Positions 37,651 through 43,096 of a stretch of DNA of 43,096 bases are shown in pieces (position 1 is the stretch's first letter; each line of letters begins with the position of its first letter). The DNA comes from a virus. The stretch lies in the IMG/VR virus record IMGVR_UViG_3300045988_016231, positions 1-43,096 of that record. One strand, written 5' to 3'. Both the position numbers and the translations under genes were made by a program. The notes beneath the pieces were generated by a model. That model saw only the letters and a list, made by a program, of their open reading frames with translations, was not told the origin of the DNA and searched no databases.

Positions 37651-38766
37651 TTAGCCGATGGCATAATAGTAATAGGTAGTTCCTGTACCATTTAACTGGT
37701 CGCTTCCACTTCCGGTAAAATTTATATACCAAGAAATAGTGGACCCCTCTCTCTTCATCAGGGTATATTGAGTTGCAGTTGTTCCTCCATATTTCCAGCT
37801 TATTTTTTCGTATGTATCGCCTAAAAATATAGGCAATGCAAAATATAAATAGTTTCCTTTTGTCCCTTTACACCCATCTGTATCGCCGACTATAAATAGT
37901 TTAGGCTCAAAAGGGAGTGTCAAACTGCATGGGTTATTGATCCCGTAGGTGCCGGTCCCCACATAACTGCCAGTCTCTACTCTCAGTGGTAATACGGAGT
38001 TTTCAAACGGTATCCCCAAAAACTGATACTCATACCCATCATGGATGCCGCTGTCGGGGTAGGCGTTGCGGTTGGAGGAGCGGACGTATTCCCAAGGACC
38101 ATCATGTAATTCCTTTTTTCCTGTAACGGTTTTAGCAGGTATAGCCTCTGCTACATAGGTATAGTCCTCGCTATCCGCACTGTTCTGTTTGCCAGTTGGA
38201 GCTCCCGATGCATAATAGATAACATTCGCTGGGGTAGTCTTATAATCTATATTGCCCCAGTTGCCATGCGCTACACTGTTTACTTGTTTCGTTAGATAAA
38301 AGTATTTTCCTTGTAGCACTTGAAGATTTGAGCCTATTCCGTTTGGAGTAAAAGTCAAAACTTGTGGATTATTTAAAGTAACACTTAAATCCTCATGTAC
38401 AGTTACTGTTGGAGAATACCTAATATGGTTTGTTGGCGTATATGAACCAGAATTAGGTCTACCCTGCCACTCAACACACTGTATTTGCTCGGCACCAAGA
38501 TTCGGTACAAGAGCAAAACCAGAAGTTCTTCTCTTCCACCAATACTGATTATATTTCCCTAAAAAGACCAGCACATCATCTGGGACATTATCTACGCCCA
38601 GCCCAAACAAAGCCGCTGTGGTGTCCTTTAAAAGAGCGAACTTGTTGATAAAGGTGCCTTCTGTGTACACCTTTCCAGGGGCCGGGATTATCTCGTAAAT
38701 ATCGTCTGTCCCATCTACTTTTGTAAGCTGAAAGCGATTTGGGTATTGTACGTTTCTGTCGTCCAT
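37651..38766 (-). CDS. Tail fibre / receptor-binding protein
   Basis: 371 aa. The C-terminal domain is paralogous to that of the 38779 gene and ends YYYYAIG. Confidence 0.6.
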   Translation of the reverse strand: MDDRNVQYPNRFQLTKVDGTDDIYEIIPAPGKVYTEGTFINKFALLKDTTAALFGLGVDNVPDDVLVFLGKYNQYWWKRRTSGFALVPNLGAEQIQCVEWQGRPNSGSYTPTNHIRYSPTVTVHEDLSVTLNNPQVLTFTPNGIGSNLQVLQGKYFYLTKQVNSVAHGNWGNIDYKTTPANVIYYASGAPTGKQNSADSEDYTYVAEAIPAKTVTGKKELHDGPWEYVRSSNRNAYPDSGIHDGYEYQFLGIPFENSVLPLRVETGSYVGTGTYGINNPCSLTLPFEPKLFIVGDTDGCKGTKGNYLYFALPIFLGDTYEKISWKYGGTTATQYTLMKREGSTISWYINFTGSGSDQLNGTGTTYYYYAIG

Positions 38767-38778
38767 TTGGTCCTCCTT

Positions 38779-39222
38779 TCAGCCGATGGCAAAGTAGTGA
38801 TATGTGGTACCATTTGCGTTTAGTTGATGTTCACCGCTACTTGATGAATACCATGACACAGAATTTCCGTTGATTGTAACAAACTGTGTGGTCGTGCTAT
38901 CTGATCTAGTATACATACTAACATTCATATTTTTATAATCATTATCCCATAGTATTATATTAGGCAAAGAGAGATCTACACCACCCGTAGAAACCATCCT
39001 AAAAACTCCCCAAATTATTGGAGTAAACGGAAATGTTAACGTATTTGGGGATGAACTCAAAAACGTCCCCGTTCCAATGTAGCTGCCCGTCATAATCTTC
39101 GGCGATCCTGCAATTCCACCTGCAATTCCACCTGCAATCGCATCCGATATTGCATCCTGAAACTTCTCGTTAAACTTCGCCATCGTTGGTTGGTCCGTTT
39201 CAACAAACGGTGTAAAAGCCAT
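38779..39222 (-). CDS. Short tail fibre-like protein (paralogous C-terminal domain)
   Basis: 147 aa ...TGSYIGTGT...SWY...QLNANGTTYHYFAIG. Confidence 0.55.
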   Translation of the reverse strand: MAFTPFVETDQPTMAKFNEKFQDAISDAIAGGIAGGIAGSPKIMTGSYIGTGTFLSSSPNTLTFPFTPIIWGVFRMVSTGGVDLSLPNIILWDNDYKNMNVSMYTRSDSTTTQFVTINGNSVSWYSSSSGEHQLNANGTTYHYFAIG

Positions 39223-40385
39223 CAGCTAATCACTCCTTCCGCTTTCATATTTCCATATAGTAGCAGATACCATGTGGCTACCTGCCAATTCTTCCATTCA
39301 GTATTCATGGCATCCAGTTCCGCCCAGTTTCTTCCTAGATTACTACCCGCACTTGGCAAGGGGTTATATCCACTCCAAAAGGTGTACGCATTGGACCGCT
39401 TGAAGGCACGAACCACCTGCTCGATGGTCAACCGAATATCTATTAGTATCTGCTCAATATTGTTGGCCTCGATATACGTCAACAGTTCCATGCTCTCCGG
39501 TGCCTCTGGCGTAGTGGCCAACAGTTCAATGGTAGAGCGCAGCGCGGAAACATTCGCAAGATATCTCTCCATCAGATCAACGGTTGGAATATCATCTTCA
39601 TACCAGGTGTACGGATCTTTTTCCTCGCCGGGTTCGGGTTCTAGTTGTGGACCTGCAACAAATGAGCCTGTCCCGGAATTTCGATAGAATGTCTTACTGA
39701 CTTCATCCCGTAAGCAGGCTATTCCGTCTCCATCCAGTGCTGGCCGAAAATCATGGATTAGGGTGTCGTTATCATAGACCTGACAACGATAAAGCTTGGC
39801 GGACAGTTTTCTCTCATCTACCTCCCCCCCCGAATTGAGCGCCAAAAGGCAGAGGTTATACGAACAGTTAAATGATGCCGCTCCACTGGTAATAGTCGTA
39901 TCTCCAAATTTGCAGACGTTTTTGTTTTTGTCTATAACAACGTGGGACAAAACTTTTGATACCGTAGTTTCTGTTCCAGTCGTATTAAAATCAGACCGAA
40001 TCGAACTAGCAGACATCTCCCACAACACAAAGCTACCTACTCCATTTGCTGTACGCGCGCCAAAGAAGGGGTAAACGCCGCCTTTTAATGCCTCAACCTC
40101 CATAACGACCCGGCTGTTATTCGTTGGTTTATGCCCGGTGTCGATATACTGAGTCCCGCTGCTTTCAATGTACTCTAAGTAGGTGACACCCTGATTCCCA
40201 CCATGGGGTATCTCTATCCTCTGATAGCCCGTGCTGTAACCGTACTGACGGAACTGTTGGTCCAATTCCTCCATCGCCGCCGTTACTCGATTCAGGTCTG
40301 TGGCGTTGTAGGTGCCCTTGCTGTTTCTGGCGTCCACATCATTTTGATTTCTATTCGTTACAAGGGTCAAAAAATCAAAACTCAT
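39222..40385 (-). CDS. Tail fibre / baseplate-associated protein
   Basis: 387 aa MSFDFLTLVTNRNQNDVDARNSKGTYNATDLNRVTAAMEEL... ATGA overlap with the upstream gene. Confidence 0.55.
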   Translation of the reverse strand: MSFDFLTLVTNRNQNDVDARNSKGTYNATDLNRVTAAMEELDQQFRQYGYSTGYQRIEIPHGGNQGVTYLEYIESSGTQYIDTGHKPTNNSRVVMEVEALKGGVYPFFGARTANGVGSFVLWEMSASSIRSDFNTTGTETTVSKVLSHVVIDKNKNVCKFGDTTITSGAASFNCSYNLCLLALNSGGEVDERKLSAKLYRCQVYDNDTLIHDFRPALDGDGIACLRDEVSKTFYRNSGTGSFVAGPQLEPEPGEEKDPYTWYEDDIPTVDLMERYLANVSALRSTIELLATTPEAPESMELLTYIEANNIEQILIDIRLTIEQVVRAFKRSNAYTFWSGYNPLPSAGSNLGRNWAELDAMNTEWKNWQVATWYLLLYGNMKAEGVIS

Positions 40386-42493
40386 GTTTCCTCCTTGTCC
40401 CAATAGATCACTACACAGCCTGTCGCTCCAGCCTTTCCCGGCATACCTTCTCCTGGATAATTGTCAATCACCATTTTTGACGACGTAGAACCATCAGAAT
40501 TGGTGGTGGTTTTTCGGTGTTTATTCCCTTTAATACCTCCAGCGCCTCCGGCTCCCCCATCGCCCGAACCAGTTACAGGATTTTGCACTCCAGTTCTCGC
40601 AAAGCTGTCACCACTTGCAATATCAGTATAGCCATACTCAAATCTTGACCCATCAGCACTGCTATACTGCCCAAAAATGGTATCTTCATCAATTTGAATG
40701 TTGAATTGCTGTTGAGGGTTAATAGACACAGTCCCCGCCCAAACAAGGGCGCCAAGGCCGTCCTGTCCATCCTGGCCCGCTTCATCCCAATTACCATCTG
40801 TTCCGGCAGTTCCATTTCCGCCCTTTCCTACCAGAATCAATCGGAGTTTCGTAGCTCCTTCTGGTACAGTCCAAGATCCACTTTGTGTGATCACCGCCCG
40901 GTTCTGGAACAGGAAAGAACCATCAGCCTGGAGCAGAATACTTGTGCAATCCTTCAATACTCCATCTTTGAGAGATAGATCTTGCTGTATGCGGCGGGCC
41001 GTAGTGGCGCTGCTCTCATTCAGCCATACAGTGTCTACATCTCCAATTTCAGAAGTCATATCGCCACGACCGACGATTTCAAGCCTATTCCCACCATAGC
41101 ATGATAAAATCAACTTAGCGGCTGTCAGCGCATCACCTTTTGTTTTAATGAACGGATTTTGGACAGACTTTGTTTCGCTAGATGCTGTAGAGTTACCGGA
41201 CACAATATATTGTGTGTTGTTTCCATCGTTCAATGTAAAAATGATTGCCGCTATGTCGTTGTTGGCCTTCATTACCGGATAACTCTGTAAGTTGTCCAAC
41301 GTCAACTTGTTCCCTTGGCTCCAAAGCGGCTCTGCTGCCAGATAGCCAGTCTCCGCGTCCGCTCGTGGCCATGTTCCCGTCGCCATACAGACGTACCGCA
41401 GAAGGTCACCGCACTTCATTCCAACAACATCAGATGAAGACCGAACCACGACCGGCTTGTCCGCATAGTTCGGATCTACAGTATAAAGAGTTTCAAAATT
41501 TGTCCCTAGCTGGGCCACAAGAGCTGCTATCCACCCTTTCAACGTGGTTGGGAGGGCTTCCGGTGGTATAAATTCTCTGGATTGCAGCAGTCCAATAATG
41601 TCCACCAAGTCCCATTGCATAGTAAGTCCATTATCCCCTGTTTTCCATCCGCCGGAATACTGATAGAATATTCCTAACCGCTTATATTCATCTGTCCCAT
41701 CCTCCAGCCTGACGGCCATGGAAACATCAATACCCTGCCGTTCTTCAATAGATTGAAATACGCCCTCTTTGCTTCTGGGCTCAAACCTTCGATCCAGGTT
41801 ATCCATGCGTATCGTACAAGTCCCATAAGGCAGCGCCATACAGGACACATCTCCCTGATGTTTAAGAGAAAACGACGCAATAATATTTCCGTCCCATTCC
41901 TCATAAACTCCAGGAAGTATTTCCGCAAATCTCGCCCTTCTTCCTGGCTTGCTCCACTTACTTACTGTAACCCTAATAGCATCGGGATTGTACACTGTAA
42001 ATCCTGTTAGGGATACGCTCCTCTCCATATTGCCTTTGAAGCTCTTTGAGTGATAGGTTGTGCCCCCCTGCTTGATCTCCACTGTAAAATCTTCCGCTAC
42101 ACCATCCCAATCATCTGACGGGAAATAGATGGAGCATGCCTGAAGAATGGACACATTGGAAAAGGTCTCTTCCGCCCAAACAGCCGGGGTGAATGTACCA
42201 TCTTCTGCCGATAGTGGATCTAATACAAGTCCAATCTCTCCATTTACGCCCTGTTCAGGAATCAGTTTAAATTGACCATCCAGTACCCAGCGATTTTGTT
42301 CCAGTGTTGCGTATGGTTCAAGGACAAATATCTTGTTGTAAGCCTGTTCTCTCTTTGAAAATTGCATCTCCCCACTGCTACTGATTGTGCCATATATAAT
42401 GTCCGGGTCGATAATGTCAATGATTGCTTTAATGAAAATCTGGCGTGCGTCCGCCACAATCGCCTTTTTGTAGCCCTCCGTGCTCTCAATCAC
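40382..42493 (-). CDS. Tail tip (Tal-like) protein with a C-terminal glycine-rich domain
   Basis: 703 aa. Second gene after the tape measure. C-terminal GKGGNGTAGTDGNWDEAGQDGQDG...GSGDGGAGGAGGIKG...GEGMPGKAGATG. Confidence 0.6.
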   Translation of the reverse strand: MIESTEGYKKAIVADARQIFIKAIIDIIDPDIIYGTISSSGEMQFSKREQAYNKIFVLEPYATLEQNRWVLDGQFKLIPEQGVNGEIGLVLDPLSAEDGTFTPAVWAEETFSNVSILQACSIYFPSDDWDGVAEDFTVEIKQGGTTYHSKSFKGNMERSVSLTGFTVYNPDAIRVTVSKWSKPGRRARFAEILPGVYEEWDGNIIASFSLKHQGDVSCMALPYGTCTIRMDNLDRRFEPRSKEGVFQSIEERQGIDVSMAVRLEDGTDEYKRLGIFYQYSGGWKTGDNGLTMQWDLVDIIGLLQSREFIPPEALPTTLKGWIAALVAQLGTNFETLYTVDPNYADKPVVVRSSSDVVGMKCGDLLRYVCMATGTWPRADAETGYLAAEPLWSQGNKLTLDNLQSYPVMKANNDIAAIIFTLNDGNNTQYIVSGNSTASSETKSVQNPFIKTKGDALTAAKLILSCYGGNRLEIVGRGDMTSEIGDVDTVWLNESSATTARRIQQDLSLKDGVLKDCTSILLQADGSFLFQNRAVITQSGSWTVPEGATKLRLILVGKGGNGTAGTDGNWDEAGQDGQDGLGALVWAGTVSINPQQQFNIQIDEDTIFGQYSSADGSRFEYGYTDIASGDSFARTGVQNPVTGSGDGGAGGAGGIKGNKHRKTTTNSDGSTSSKMVIDNYPGEGMPGKAGATGCVVIYWDKEET

Positions 42494-42893
42494 TGGGTTT
42501 CACCTCTCGCAGCTCCACAGAAAAGTCGGCCCACATCGGCATAGGTGTAGCCCCATCTTCTCCATCAACCAGTCGGCTCCACATGAATTTTGGATATTGA
42601 AAGTCGATGACAAAGAATTGAGAATAAGTCAGTGCGCCGCTGGAACTTGGTGGAAGAAAGCCGCATGTGATGACCTGTTTTCTACCCTTTTCACACGCTG
42701 CAATTACCTTATTCTTCAGCTCGTCACTGAAATAGCCATACTGATATGTAACTTCCCAAACGCTTCCTTGCAGTTCACGAACAATTCTCCCTGTGACCAT
42801 CTTGACGTCGATGGATAGTGGGTCTTTCCACGCTCTATATCCGCCTTTCAGTGTCTCTGGAAGTTCAATTCCATCAATAATCAGTTGTGTCAT
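42486..42893 (-). CDS. Distal tail protein (Dit)-like
   Basis: 135 aa. First gene after the tape-measure stop. Shine-Dalgarno GAGGTGA. Confidence 0.5.
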   Translation of the reverse strand: MTQLIIDGIELPETLKGGYRAWKDPLSIDVKMVTGRIVRELQGSVWEVTYQYGYFSDELKNKVIAACEKGRKQVITCGFLPPSSSGALTYSQFFVIDFQYPKFMWSRLVDGEDGATPMPMWADFSVELREVKPSD

Positions 42894-42901
42894 GGTTCAC
42901 C

Positions 42902-43096
42902 TCACGACGGACTTAAAATAGGCGTACCGTTGGCCTTTGCATAGTCTGCCAACGGGCCGAACAGATAAGAGGCGAATTTCGTTCCGTCAGGCATCATTAG
43001 GTTAAAAACAAAGTTCCCACCCGATACTCCGTTGCTCTGTACTGCGGCTGAAATACCGTTCACCATACCTGCCGATGCTAGGCCGAGCCCGGAAGA
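42902..43096 (-). CDS. Tape measure protein, C-terminal end (continuation of 1..1830 across the circular junction)
   Basis: Same frame. Ends ...ANGTPILSPS with a TGA at 42904-42902. Confidence 0.85.
   Translation of the reverse strand, partial: SSGLGLASAGMVNGISAAVQSNGVSGGNFVFNLMMPDGTKFASYLFGPLADYAKANGTPILSPS
42956..43096. repeat. Terminal overlap, identical to 1..141
   Basis: Direct comparison of the two ends shows 141/141 identity. Confidence 0.95.

Larger units (their letters stand above)
1..43096. mobile_element. Complete temperate tailed-phage (siphovirus-type) genome, circularly closed assembly (unit 42,955 bp)
   Basis: Full set of packaging, head, tail, lysis, lysogeny and replication genes. 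Exact 141-bp overlap of the two window ends. No host genes. Confidence 0.9.

Overview
The window is a complete temperate siphovirus-type phage genome from a Firmicutes/Clostridia-like host, with no flanking host DNA. Bases 1-141 are identical to 42956-43096, so the contig closes into a 42,955-bp circle and the tape-measure gene spans the junction. Almost all genes are on the minus strand. Packaging and head genes lie at 11345 down to 4169: TerS, PBSX-type TerL, SPP1-type portal, MuF, gp10-like, GP20-type scaffold and capsid. Head-tail and tail genes lie at 4594 down to 1 and wrap to 43096-37363: major tail, a G/G-T chaperone with a canonical -1 slippery site, tape measure, Dit/Tal-like proteins and fibres. 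The lysis region (36942-34748) has XhlA-like, holin and Amidase_2 endolysin genes. The early operon (25903-12825) has cro-like, ERF, NinB-like, HNH, SSB, replisome organizer, RusA, two C5-methyltransferases, Lar-like, YopX and DUF551 genes. The plus strand carries the lysogeny genes: a cI-like XRE repressor, an ImmA-like protease and a tyrosine integrase with an attP-like region. It also carries several self-contained cargo cassettes. The items most worth follow-up are listed here. (1) A ~0.76-kb ORF-free, hairpin-dense gap at 12064-12824 that looks like a large structured RNA. (2) A Panacea(DUF4065)-antitoxin plus MazF/PemK-fold-like toxin cassette at 33453-34478. (3) A 204-codon same-strand out-of-frame ORF with its own Shine-Dalgarno inside a C5-methyltransferase gene. 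(4) An eight-gene operon of low-complexity, Cys-rich proteins next to attP. (5) A secreted SLH-anchored staphylococcal-type nuclease. (6) A near-consensus antisense promoter plus terminator that would make a ~75-nt RNA inside the early operon. All family assignments come from reading motifs in the translations; no database search was possible.
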